A stretch of DNA of 64,000 nucleotides. Origin: Felis catus (Eukaryota). The notes beneath the pieces were generated by a model. That model saw only the letters and a program-made list of their open reading frames with translations, was not told where the DNA came from and made no database searches. Both the position numbers and the translations under genes were made by a program. This document shows positions 40,796 through 52,992 of the stretch, in pieces (position 1 is the stretch's first letter; each line of letters opens with the position of its first letter). The stretch lies in the NCBI RefSeq assembly GCF_018350175.1, contig NC_058383.1:23996001-24060000 (forward strand), written 5' to 3'.

Positions 40796-41181
40796 GCAGC
40801 AGTCTGCAAACTGGTGATCACATGAGCATCTAATTTTTGTGCATTGCTATGCACAGGTTTGCTATACTTACAGGAGGAATATGTGCAGACTTACCCATTC
40901 TTTCACAAGTGCATTCTGATGCCGTCAGAGACATTCTTCAATGTGATAATCCAAAGACTTCCCTGGGGTCAGACAGGTCTCACCACCTTATTCTCAAAAT
41001 AGCAACATCATTAACACACTCCCTTCTGAGAAGAACATCTCATCTTTTACAAAATGTGGCAGAGGAACCCAGGACCAGAATGTATGAACATAGAGAGAAT
41101 TTCAATTTTTAAAGTAAGTGCCACATTTTTATTTAGACAGTTAGCTTCTCTTGTTTTGCAAACTTCAAATGCCCTACTTAA

Positions 41182-41187
41182 AATAAA
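41182..41187 (+). terminator. Probable PDZD9 polyadenylation signal AATAAA
   Basis: First canonical hexamer I found, ~390 nt after the stop codon, followed by T/GT-rich sequence. Confidence 0.65.
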
Positions 41188-41514
41188 TAAGAGATATATT
41201 TTCTGGCTAGTTGTGCACATAAAGTTCCACCCCCCCCCCCCCCCCGCCTTCAGCCCTAAGAAACAGAATGGGAACAGATGAGGAAGAGGGAAAAGATGAG
41301 AAACAAAACTCTGTCACACAGTGAAGGTAAATCAGACATAAAATGATGCAGTGGGAATATAAGATATGACTAACAGGGAATTTAGATTTTTCAGAAATAA
41401 CTATACTGCAAGAAAGGCAGTAAAGAAAGGGGGTAAAACTCAGACCATTTAATTGTTTTGACCCAAAAGGACAGATTTTTAAACTGGTTTTATCTTTAAA
41501 AGCCATCGATAAAA

Positions 41515-41731
41515 GGAGTGCCTGAGTGGCTCAGCCGGTTAGGCGTCTGACTTCAGCTCAGGTCATGATCTCATGGTTCGTGAGTTCAAGCCCCGCATCG
41601 GGCTCTGGGCTGACAGCTCAGAGCCTGGAGCCCGCTTCAGATTCTGTGTCTCCCTCTGTCTGCCCCTCCGCTGCTTGCACTCGGTCTCTTGCATTGTCTC
41701 AAAAATACATAAACACTAAAAAAAAATTTTT
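41515..41731 (+). mobile_element. CanSINE between the PDZD9 and UQCRC2 3' ends
   Basis: TSD aaagccatcgataa. Confidence 0.93.
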
Positions 41732-41879
41732 AAAGCCATCGATAATAATCTTACTAGTTTCTGAGCTTCTGTACTTTTAGATTCCTGTTCTCCTTTGCAG
41801 CATCTAAAACAAAGACCTCAGCATATAATACTTGATTAACTGATGGCCAAGACATGAGAAAAACATTTCAACAGAATGT

Positions 41880-41973
41880 TTTATTGACTTTAAGTCAGCT
41901 GGGAACAATTTATGTATTTATGCTTTAAGACATTTCACCTTATTGGGGAAAAAAAAAAGATATATGTTTTATT
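41880..41973 (-). terminator. Two candidate UQCRC2 poly(A) signals (AATAAA at 41968-41973 and 41880-41885)
   Basis: tttatt on the plus strand ~70 and ~160 nt past the UQCRC2 stop. Confidence 0.65.
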
Positions 41974-42044
41974 AGAGATTTTTGACTTTCACGTGTTTGC
42001 TGCTCTGGGCTGAGAAAATGTTCAGCTCTTTCCTGTTTCAGAAT

Positions 42045-42164
<120 letters not shown>

Positions 42165-43465
42165 TTAACAGAAATAAGAAAATGTATTATGCAGTAGATA
42201 AACTTATCTATTTTGTTATTTCAAGAGTTTATGGACAGGGCATCCTGAGCCAGCAATTCTGTACTAGCCTCTTGTGAGATTAACTACAGGAGAGGGCTGG
42301 TATGTTATTTTAATTTGTGAGAATGTAGGAAGCAAAGCTCCGCTCGCTGTCCCTTTGAATGTTCCCTCATTACACGTGACTGAGCAAGTGTGGTGCTCCA
42401 GACATGAGGGTAGCTGGTAAAAAGGGGGATAGGGAAAACCTCACTGACATTGCAAAATAGGGCAGAGTCGGCCTCAGGCAGGGCAGTACTTTACTGTTTC
42501 TGTATTGCGATGGCAAATAGTCTGAGTCGATAAAAATACACCAACTGTCAACATAAAAGTCAAACTTTTATCTGTTTCCTTTATGCCACTATTTGAAGCA
42601 AAAAGGCTGGCCGATGAGGTCAGATGTACTACCGTGAGTAGCAGTCCCCCATGCTGTTTCAGGCACAGAGAGATCATGAAGAGGCAGCTGGGCTGGGACT
42701 CCCACAACAACAGTATAGTAAAGGAGAGCCATTTGGAAGGGTATGGAATGATGAACTTCGGGGCGAAGTGAAATCAAGTCAAAGTTACGACCTTAAAATA
42801 CCGTTTCTTTTTTTTCTATCCTCATTGTCCCTACATTAAGGTGGAGCTGTTGGGGAGAAGATGGTGGAGACCTCTACAATGCAAGAGGAGTCGACATTTT
42901 TCATGTGGAAAAAACTGGGAAAACCCACTGATTGTGGATTTGTTCTGTAGTTCATATATTTGTTAGGCATAGTAGAGAGTACAAAAAGGTATAAGATACC
43001 GTCCTGGCCCTTAAAACAATTCAGTCTCACAATAATATATGTGAAAAAAAAAAAAAAAAAAGCAATAGCAGAATGTCTCCTGAGAAGATGAACAAAAATC
43101 CTGAGATCCTGGATCGTGCGGGACTGGCACGACAGTTTATTTCTTGGAAGGAGAACAAACACCGAACTCAATTAGTAGGTTGAATCACATGAAATTACCA
43201 ATAATTCAACTCTTCTTGACCTCTAAGAATTTAAAATGGTTTAACCTATTGGTAATTTAGTTGAATGAGGAAGATACATACACCCCAAGTTGATGAGCCA
43301 TTTACAGACGTGATGGTAATGAGCCCTCCTACCTCCACACCAGGTGGACAGGCACCAAACAGCAGGACAGTGACATATATAGCCCAAGGGAACTTATGCA
43401 TTCCTTCTGAAATTGGGTCGAGGTCAAATTGTTTGATGTTAAACCATAAGTTTTCATTTGCTTAC

Positions 43466-43619
43466 ATTTACAACATCTGTGTCTGCTACGGAGTCAATCT
43501 GCTGAAGGACTGTGGCTGGTGGTGTGTATGAACCAGCAACCAGAGCCTGGGACCCGACTTCATCCAGGAACTCCTCAGAAGACTCCACTGACATTAGGTA
43601 GCCAGCTTTCAGCTTGTTC
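43466..43619 (-). CDS. UQCRC2: UQCRC2 exon 13 ([51 protein letters not shown])
   Basis: 154 nt; AG and GTAAG boundaries; phases 2 and 0 fit the neighbouring exons. Confidence 0.97.
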
Positions 43620-43901
43620 CTGTCCAGTAAAAAATATGTAACTAAGCAGAAGCCAGTCTTATAAGAGCGAGACAATTTTAAACTCAAACTCAAACATGTT
43701 TTGGTAAGTACACAAATTAACAGCTTTGAAATCTTACAGTGCTAAACAGATGCATTCTATTTCTTTAGTTCATCAATTATGTTATTATTTACATTACTAT
43801 TTAGAAAGCTGCCAATATAAGATTATACTGAAAACCCAACAGACTGCCTTTTGATTTGAGACTAGAGCTTGTATCTCATTAAGACTATTTTATTTCTTAA
43901 A

Positions 43902-44451
43902 TTTTTTTTTTTTCAACGTTTATTTATTTTTGGGACAGAGAGAGACAGAGCATGAACGGGGGAGGGGCAGAGAGAGAGAGGGAGACACAGAATCGGAAAC
44001 AGGCTCCAGGCTCTGAGCCATCAGCCCAGAGCCCGATGCGGGGCTCGAACTCACGGACTGTGAGATCGTGACCTGGCTGAAGTCGGACGCTTAACCGACT
44101 GCGCCACCCAGGCGCCCCAAGACTATTTTATTTCTTAAAGCAGACTCCATGCCCAATGTAGGGCTGAAACTCATGACCCTGAGATCTGGAGTCGCAGGCT
44201 CTACTGAGTGAGCCAGCCAGGCACCCCTCATTAAGACTACTTTATTAAGACTACTTTATTTATTTTTTAAAAGTTTATTTTGAGAGAGAAAGGAGTGCAA
44301 GTGGGGGAGGAGCAGAGAGAGAGGGAGACAGAATCCCAAGCAGGCTCTGCATGGTCAGTGCAGAGCTCAATGCAGGGTTCAAACTCACCAACCACGAGAT
44401 CATGACTTGCTGAAGTCAGACACTTAGCTGACTGAGCCACCCGGGTGCCCC
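43902..44451 (-). mobile_element. Stack of three CanSINEs in UQCRC2 intron 12
   Basis: Copies at 43902-44118, 44140-44227 and 44262-44451, separated by aagacta repeats. Confidence 0.92.
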
Positions 44452-45138
44452 AAGACTAATTTTAATGTGAAGTTTTGATTAGTGAAGTAACTCTTGCCTC
44501 CTAATACTTTTCTGGTGATGATTTTAGGCACTTCTATTAAGGGAGAATATCTATGTGGGGTCTTAAGACACTGTTCACTTAGCAGAATACTGTGTGCTGA
44601 TTCTCTATCTTCCCCCGCCCCCCAGGACCATTTCTACACTGAGATTTGTCTCAGTGAGGGTAGGGCATAACTGAGAAGGCAGGTGGGAAAGGTCATTATA
44701 GGTCCTACAGTCCTTGCAGCTTAAATATGGGCACAAAGTGTCAATACAAAATAAAACAAAATCCAATTCATAATTCTCTCAAAGAAACTGGTGTTCAATT
44801 AAGACACTTAATTTAACTCTCAAACTATCCTCCTTTGGCACTCTGTACACGACTACCATTTAAACATAATTACAATTTAATTCAGCAGTTTTACCACAAT
44901 GTCAGCTTAATTAAAGATTTTAACAGGGGTGCCTGGATGGCTCAGTTGGTTAAGTAAGTGTCCAACATTCAGCTCAGGTCATGATCTCACGGTTCATGGG
45001 TTCGAGCTCCACGTCGGGCTCTGTGCTGACAGCTCAGAGCCTGGAGCCTGCTTCAGAGTCTGTCTCTCCCTCTCTCTCTCCCCCACTCACACTCTGTCTC
45101 TCAAAAATAAACAAAGATTAGAAAAAATAAAAAAAAAT

Positions 45139-45297
45139 TAACAAACTGATGGTTACTGAAGGGGAAGTGGGCAGGGGGATGGGTGAAACAGTTGATGGGG
45201 ATTAAGGAGGGCACCTGTTGAATCACTAAATTATACTCCTGAAGCTAACATTATACTGCATGTTAACTGGAGTTTAAATAAAAACTTTAAAAAAAAT
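45139..45297 (+). mobile_element. Carnivore L1 3' end directly after a CanSINE (44926-45138)
   Basis: aacaaactgatggtt...gattaaggagggcacctgtt...aataaa plus A-tail; similar to the 3' UTR at 57100-57230. Confidence 0.8.
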
Positions 45298-46010
45298 TAG
45301 CTACAATAAACTTTACCAAGAGATTATCAGTTTGTCCCTTCAGCAATGCCTTACTTTCTCTCTTTCACTACAGAAAGACTAAGAACCTTACAAGAAAAAT
45401 ATCAACTGTATCAAAATGGCAGAAAACAAACACATTGACATTAAAAACTGAAATTCCATTTTCTACATGTTGCTGTACCTTATAAAAACTGTGGGGCACT
45501 TAAGGAAATACATTTTCTGAAATAAATTAGATTTGAAATCAATTTTTCTTCAGTAAATCCAGTGTTTCAGTTTATTCTCATCATGTTTTGTTTCTACTAC
45601 AATCATGTAGAATTGCATCCTATCAATCAATCCCTGGTTCCATGTTTGTAATATTTAATAAACTGTACTTATTCAAGAGATGCAATTTTTTAGTGTTGTC
45701 AGTGTAACAGAAATACTACTACTAATGGGAACAGAAATGACCGAGAAGTTGTTCCCTCCTGGGTTGTAATTTGCCCTGTCATACTTCCTTGGTGGGTCAT
45801 ATTAAATGACCATGAAGACAGTTTGAGTTTTACGAGTCCCATTTTGAACTGTCCTAAATGGGTGGAATCAAATAAATGTTTTAAACTGCTGTATGAAAAC
45901 ACAAGCTGATTGTTCGAGACTCTCCCTGAAGATATTGAGGGGTGTTGCTGGCACTTTCAATGGGAATTTAAAAATCACCAAATAGGAGACAGGTATTTCC
46001 ATCTTTTAAT

Positions 46011-46675
46011 CAGATTCTCCTTTATCCGTGGGGCATTACCTTCCAAGACCCCCAGTGGATGCCTAAAACCACAGTACCAAACCCTACATATCCTATGCTT
46101 TTCTTATACTTACACACGTATATTTTTTATTTTTTTAGAAGGTGTTTTTTTTAAAGTTTGTTTATTTTGAGAGAGTGCGAGTAGAGGAGGGGCAGAGAGA
46201 GAAGACAATCCCAAGTAGACTCTGTGCTATTAGTGTGGAGCCTGATGTGAGGCTCGAACTCATGAACTGTGAGATCATGACCTAAGCCAAAACCAAGAGT
46301 CATACACTTAACCAAATGAGCCACTCAGGTGCCCCTTAATTTATAAATCAGGCACACTGAAGGATTAACAGTAACTACTAATAAAAGAGAACAATTATAA
46401 CAATATGCTATAATAAAAGTTATGTGAATATGGTCTGTCCCTCTCATTTAAAAATATTTTATTGTCCTGTACTCTCCTTTCTCCTTGTGATGATGTGAGA
46501 TGACAAAATGCCTGTGTGATGGGATGAAGTGAGGTGAGTGCCGTAGGTGTTGTGACATAATGTTCAACTACTTGTGATTTTCTGACAATAAGTCAGGAGG
46601 GGGATTATCTGGTTCTAGATGGTGGCTGACTGCAGGTAACTGGAAAGCTAAACCACGGATAAGGGGGCACTATTG
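46011..46675 (-). mobile_element. MER44/Tigger7-like element interrupted by a CanSINE (46146-46335)
   Basis: Terminal inverted repeats ctttatccgtgg (46020) and ccacggataagg (46653). Confidence 0.75.
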
Positions 46676-46939
46676 TATTTTCTGGTCTATCAAATCAGTA
46701 AAGAGGTAAAAAAAAAAAAAAAAAAGAAATTGCTAATGGTTATGGTAGAATAGGCACTCTCATATACTGATAGTGTGATTATAAACGGGTATGACCTCTT
46801 TACATTGTGACTTTGAAATATACAAATAAAAATACTTAAACACACATGTACTTTAACACAGACTTCGGTTACAGTATTTTTAGCTCTCGACCCAGTTGGG
46901 AATCCATACCAAGAAAGTAATATGAAATAAAAATGTTTT

Positions 46940-47538
46940 GGGGCGCCTGGGTGGCGCAGTCGGTTGAGCGTCTGACCTCAGCCAGGTCACGATCTCGTGG
47001 TCCGTGAGTTCGAGCCCCGCGTCAGGCTCTGGGCTGATGGCTCGGAGCCTGGAGCCTGCTTCTGATTCTGTGTCTCCCTCTCTCTCTGCCCCTCCCCCGT
47101 TCATGCTCTGTCTCTCTCTGTCCCAAAAATAAATAAAAAACTTTGAAAAAAAAAAATTAAAAAAAAAAATGTTTCAAACCCAAAGATATCTTTTATAGTT
47201 TATAATTTCCAACTGTAGGAAATGTCCAACAAGTATATTTTGATGCCCCAGTTAATACTGTTTGTAACACATTTTTAGTAATCTGAATGGAAACATTATA
47301 ATGTTAAGAAAAGGAGGGGGGGGGCCTGGGTGGCTCAGTGGGTTAAGCGTCCGACTTCGGCTCAGTCGATCTCGCAGTTTGTGAGCTAGAACCCCGCGTC
47401 GGGCTCTGTGCTGACAGCTCAGAGCCTGAAGCCTGCTTCGGATTCTGTGTCTCCTCCTCTCTCTGCCTCTGCCATGCTCATGCTCTGTCTCTCTCTCTCA
47501 ATAATAAATAAACATTAAAAAAAATTAAAAAAAAAAAA
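46940..47538 (+). mobile_element. Two CanSINEs (46940-47168, young; 47316-47538)
   Basis: TSDs aaaaatgttt and aaaaggagg. Confidence 0.93.
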
Positions 47539-47851
47539 GGAGGAATCACTGGTAAAGAATTGAGAGATTGTTTTCAATGTTTTTATTTTAAAATTTCTAC
47601 AATAAACATGCTATTATATAAGTATATATACAATAATAACAATTATGTTTAAAAATGTATAAAAATGGGCAAGAAAATAAGCAAAACGTTAATAATTACA
47701 TCTTTGGGTGGTAGATGTGGGTTGTTTCCCTTTCCTTTTAAATACTTTACCTTTCATTTCTTTTGTGCATGTCACAATATTGTTATAACTCAAAAAAATA
47801 CAACTTTCAAATAACTGAAACACAAAACACACATTTAATATTGAAACTTAC

Positions 47852-47928
47852 TTGGCAGCTAGGACATCTGTATTGGAAAGGTTTCCTTGAGCAATCATTT
47901 TTACTTGGTTATAGGCAGCCTTGATAAC
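47852..47928 (-). CDS. UQCRC2: UQCRC2 exon 12 (VIKAAYNQVKMIAQGNLSNTDVLAA)
   Basis: 77 nt translated by hand; AG and GTAAGT boundaries. Confidence 0.96.
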
Positions 47929-49049
47929 CTAGGACAGACAAGAAAAAGCTGGTCATTTTTGATCAGTGCCAAAGTGTCTTGAGCAGTCAAATGTTCCTCT
48001 ACTGAGGCAGAAACACAAGATGAAACGTTAGTTCCAGGGAACTAGCACAGTGTCTATTTGGAATTCTTGTCACCATGTGATCCTCATTCTTCTAGTGTTC
48101 CATAAAGCAGCTGTTTGTACAATTTATAGTATAGCCAAGTAGCCAAACTTCTTAAAAAAGTGGCAGAGTGCAGAGGATGCCAGTGTGGTTCAGGAAAAGC
48201 AAACACAGAGATTTATAATTGCCTGTAGAGAATAAACACCTTTCAAATTTCCCTAGACTCTTATTAAAGTGTCATGCAATTAATACTGCTATTCCTTACT
48301 ATTCACTAAGAAGAAAGTAGTAATCCATGTACAGCTGATTTGTAAAGCCTGTCCATGCCTGGGATGCTGGAGTCAAGAAGGAATCAAGTTCCAGTGATGT
48401 GAGTGCATGTTCGGCAAATATTTGTTGGGTAAGTTCATAAACCTGGCCCATGATTTTCTCCATCCTGACCTTGGCACCATTCTGGGTTACTGACCTATCC
48501 CTAATCACCTACACTAGGACCTTCATTTCCCCTGTGTTTTAGCTATCCATTTCTACAGCCACACCCAGCATTTGGACATGACCTAAATTTGCTCTGTGAA
48601 ATCCCCAGTTACAAGTCCCATGGCCTAAGCCTTTAATCACACTATCCCTTTCTTTCACTTTATCAAGATCTTTAGTTCCCTGATTTGTCCACTTTCAATC
48701 TATGAGGTCCTTTTGCTTCACTTCTCTGTCACAGTTACTCTTGCCAGTGTGCCCCACTCTCTTGCCATCTGCCCAGACTTCTAACCTGCCTCCTTTGCAG
48801 GCTCCCAATCTTGGATCACCCCTACTACCTGCCTCCTCCATTTCTCCATTAGGAATACTACTGAAGAAAGATTATGAAGTAACTGTAATATGCAACATAT
48901 GTGTAATAAGGGAAATGCGTGACTACAGTTTGAATTTGTGGTCTCCTATCTCAAGGAGCCATCTACATGACCACTGAGGCCCATTCCATGCATCTAGCCA
49001 TTTATTTGTCCCAAATCTCATTCTTTAAACTCTCCTCCCTTATTCTTTT

Positions 49050-49470
49050 TAAATTTTTTTTTTAATGTAGGTTTATTTTTGAGAGCGAGCAGAAAAGGGG
49101 CCAGAGGATCCAAAGTGGGCTCTGTGTGGGGTGTCTGGGTGGCTCAGTCAGTTAAGCAGCCAACTTCAGCTCAGGTCATGATCTCATGGTTCATGGGTTT
49201 CAGCCCTGCATGAGGCTCTGTCCTGACAGCTCAGAGCCTGGAGCCTGCTTCAGATTCTGTGTCTCCCTCTCTCTCTGCCCCTCTCCTGCCTGTGTGTGCG
49301 CTCTCGCGCTCTCTCAAAAATAAACAAACATTAAAAAAAAATTTTTTTTTTTTTTTTTTTTAAACAAAGTGGGCTGCGTGCTGAGAGACGTGGGGCTCGG
49401 ACTCATGAGCCATGAGATCATGACCTGAGCCAAAGTTGGACGCTTAAGTGACTGAGTGCCCAGGTGCCCT
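49050..49470. mobile_element. Plus-strand CanSINE (49128-49361) nested in a minus-strand CanSINE
   Basis: TSD aaagtgggct(ct/gc)gtg at 49112-49126 and 49366-49380. Confidence 0.9.
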
Positions 49471-50303
49471 CTCCGTTCTTGTAAGACATGATGTCACCTC
49501 CTACCTCATCAGGAATGAACTTCTGCATCTTCTTGATATCCTCTTCTCCCAACATCAGTCTTTGTGTCCAAGGCTAAAATGTCCACTTGTACTCTACATC
49601 CCATCTGCTCCTGCTTTTTCAGATCCGATCCATTTATAATTTCCTATCTCCTATATATGCTCCAATCTTTCTTTACTTTCAGTGTGTAAACTCTTCCAAA
49701 ACTACAACCTACTTCCCTGCAAGTCTGAGCTCCACTTGCCTATGCCTCTCATTTATTCTCCTTTATTCTTTAACACTATAAATTTTAGCTCACTTCCAAC
49801 ACTGGTGAAAACTGATAATATTGCCAAATGATGTCCTAGTTTGCTATAACTACTAGAGCTCCCTGTGGTAACTAAATGGATGTTAACCCACAGTGGATCA
49901 AAATTATATTAATCATTCTCTCTTTTCTGGCCTCCAAAAATACCAGGTTCTCTTCTTTTTCTTCCTGTTTTCTTGGCCATTTTCCTTAGTTACTTGGTGG
50001 CACTTCCCTGAACTTGAGCTTCAGCTTTCTTTTCCTACAGTCTTTTACACACAACCCTCACTTCAATACAATCTCTATACTGAGGACTCCCAAATGTACA
50101 TCTTGGCCTTGACCTCACCTGAGTTCTCAATACAGATGTCCAAGAGACAACTCAATGTCATTTGTCCAAACAGAGCCAAGAAAGAGGCACTTCTTCCCTC
50201 TTTCCTGCTAGCACGAGTATACATTTTTAAGTTCCTTCCACTGCAGACACACTTCAATGGTACTACACTATATGGAGCTCTGATAAGTCATGGCATTCAC
50301 TCA

Positions 50304-50474
<171 letters not shown>

Positions 50475-52030
50475 TTACTGTATGTCCTTTTACCAGATAA
50501 TCAGGGCAAAATTTCCCAAATAGACAAAAACTTGGACCTTCACAGTATAAGCAAAATATATTAATATTTCATGTAACCAGTTGTTAATGACTACAGTGTT
50601 TTGTATACAGGTTACTTCTTTCAAAACTATAATGGTTTTAACTTTTTTCACTTAAATCTAAAATGGATTATTCCTTTACTTTTTGCTGGGTACTTTCTAA
50701 CCTTCTTTTGATGATTAAAGGTTAAACATTCATGTGTGAACATTATTATTACAGATGCGGTATGGCTGAGGGGTACAGACTGTGGGCTCTTGGCATTAGA
50801 CAAACTTGCTTTCTTCCTTCTGCTATTGTGACTTCTTTTTCATCAATTCACTTACACTTCTCCTACAGACTAAAGTCAAAGGACTGGGGGAAAATGTTTG
50901 CTTAGTGGATGTTATTTAGCTGTCTAAGGTAGCCAAAAGTTGAGCCTCTAGATAACAGGGGTATTGCTATCTGCACTCTGAGCAGAGGGGTAAGCTCCTT
51001 AAGGTGAACAAGAGTGCTTAGTATAGTGTTTCCCAGTGTTTATGCAGACAAATTACGTAAGGATCACCTGAGCTGTTATTAAAAATACAGACTTTGAGGA
51101 TAGAGGAAGACGGCGGCATAGGAGGACACTGGGCTCACCTCGTCCTGCTGATCGCTTAGATTCCACCCACATCTGCCTAAATAACCCAGAAAACCGCCGG
51201 AAGACTAGCAGAAGGGACTCTCCAGAGCTAAGTGTAGACAAGTGGCTCACAGAAGAGGGTAGGAAGGGTGGTGAGGCGGTGTGTGCTACACGGACTAGTG
51301 GGAGGGAGCTGGGGCGGTGGAGGGGCAGCCCATTGGGCAAGGCAGAGCCCCTGAAGTCTGGCTTGCAAAAGCAGAGGGGTTGGATTCCGTGAGTTCTGAC
51401 AGCCAGCGAGACTTAACATTTGGAACGTTAAAAGTCAACAGCTCTGCTCTCAGAGAACGGGAATGGCGAGAAGACACTGGGAGGGACAGTTGTTGAGCCC
51501 CGGAAGGACAGAGCTTGGTGGGGGAACAAAGACTCTGGCAAGCACCATTTCCCTGTCCCATCCCCCAGCCCAAATTCCAAAGGGAACCAGTTCCCATCAC
51601 CAAACTTGCTTGCACCGCGCAAATGCCCAACGCTGTGCTTCTGTGTATCCATCCCTCTGATGGGCCTGCCTCCCTCCTGGTGTTGCAGGGCCCCTCCGGC
51701 AGGGGGCCACAGATGGCAGAGCTAAGCCTGCCCCTCCCGCCCCTGTACACCTTGCGGATCCACCCTAATACATCCTTGGCCAGATCCCATCAAAGCAGCA
51801 CCAGAAGCCTGGCAGTGTGCAAGCAGCCCAGACAGGGACCACACCACTCCACAGAGAGGCCTGCCCCTGGAAGAGGGGAAGATAAGGTACACGCTGATCT
51901 GACTGTGGCCCCAGTGGTGGAATGGGGGCAGACATCTGGTCTGACTATGGCCCCGCCACCAACACAAGTTACTCCGGACGGCACAGGGGAAGTGCCCTGC
52001 AGTTTGAAGCCACCGCAGGGACTACCCAAA

Positions 52031-52925
52031 ATGACAAAACAGAAGAATTCTCCTCAAAAGAAACTCCAGGAAGTAGTGACAGCTAACGAATTGATCAAAA
52101 ACGATTTAAGCAATATAACGGAACAAGAATTTAGAATAATGGTCATAAAATTAATCGCTGTGCTTGAAAAAAAAGCATACAGGACAGCAGAGAACCTATT
52201 GCTACAGAGACCAAGGGACTAAAAAAAGAGTTATGAGGAACTAAAAAATGCTATATATGAGGTGCAAAATAAAACAGAGGCGGCCATAGCACGGACTGAG
52301 GAGGCAAAGGAGAGAATAGGTGAATTAGAAGATAAAATTATGGAAAAAGAGGAAGCTGAGAAAAAGAGATAAAAAAATCCAGGACTGTGAGGGGAGAATT
52401 AGAGAACTAAGTGATGCAATTAAACAGAACAATTATCTGTATCATAGGAATTCCAGAAGAAGAAAAGAGAAAGGGGCTGAAGGTGAACTTGAACAAATCA
52501 TAGCTGAGAACTTCCCTGATCCGGGGAAGGAAACAGACATTGAAATCCAAGAGGCACAGAGAACTCCCTTCAGACGTAACTTGAATTGATCTTCCGCATG
52601 ACATATCATAGTGAAACTGGCAAAATACAAGGATAAATAGAGAATTCTGAAAGCAGCTAGGGATACAAAAGCCCTAACTTACAAAGGCAGACACGTAAGG
52701 GTAGTATCAGACCTATCTACTGAAACTCAGCAGGTCAGAAAGGAAAGGCAGGAAATCTTCAATGTGATGAATAGAAAAAAAATATGCAGCCAAGAATCCT
52801 TTATCCAGCAAGTCTGTCATTCAGAATAGAAGGAGAGATAAAGGTTTTCCCAAACAAACAAAAACTGAAGGAATTCATCACCACTAAACCAGCCCTACAA
52901 GAGATCCTAAGGGGGATTCTGTGAG
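52031..52925 (+). pseudogene. L1 ORF1 remnant
   Basis: Starts MTKQKNSPQKKLQE...ITEQEFRIMVIKLI; frameshift at the A-run near 52167 and in-frame stops downstream. Confidence 0.88.
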
Positions 52926-52992
52926 TGAAATGTTGCAAGGACCACAAAGTACCAGAGACCTCACTACAAGCATGAAACCTACAGACATCACA

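Noticed and set aside
42474..43171. Short ORFs and a possible plus-strand exon in UQCRC2 intron 13
   Set aside because: No homology recognised and no convincing paired splice sites
51295..52222. 235-aa plus ORF and 151-aa minus ORF in the L1 5' UTR (ORF0-like?)
   Set aside because: Called from non-ATG starts in GC-rich UTR; the plus ORF simply runs into frameshifted ORF1; no recognisable ORF0 similarity
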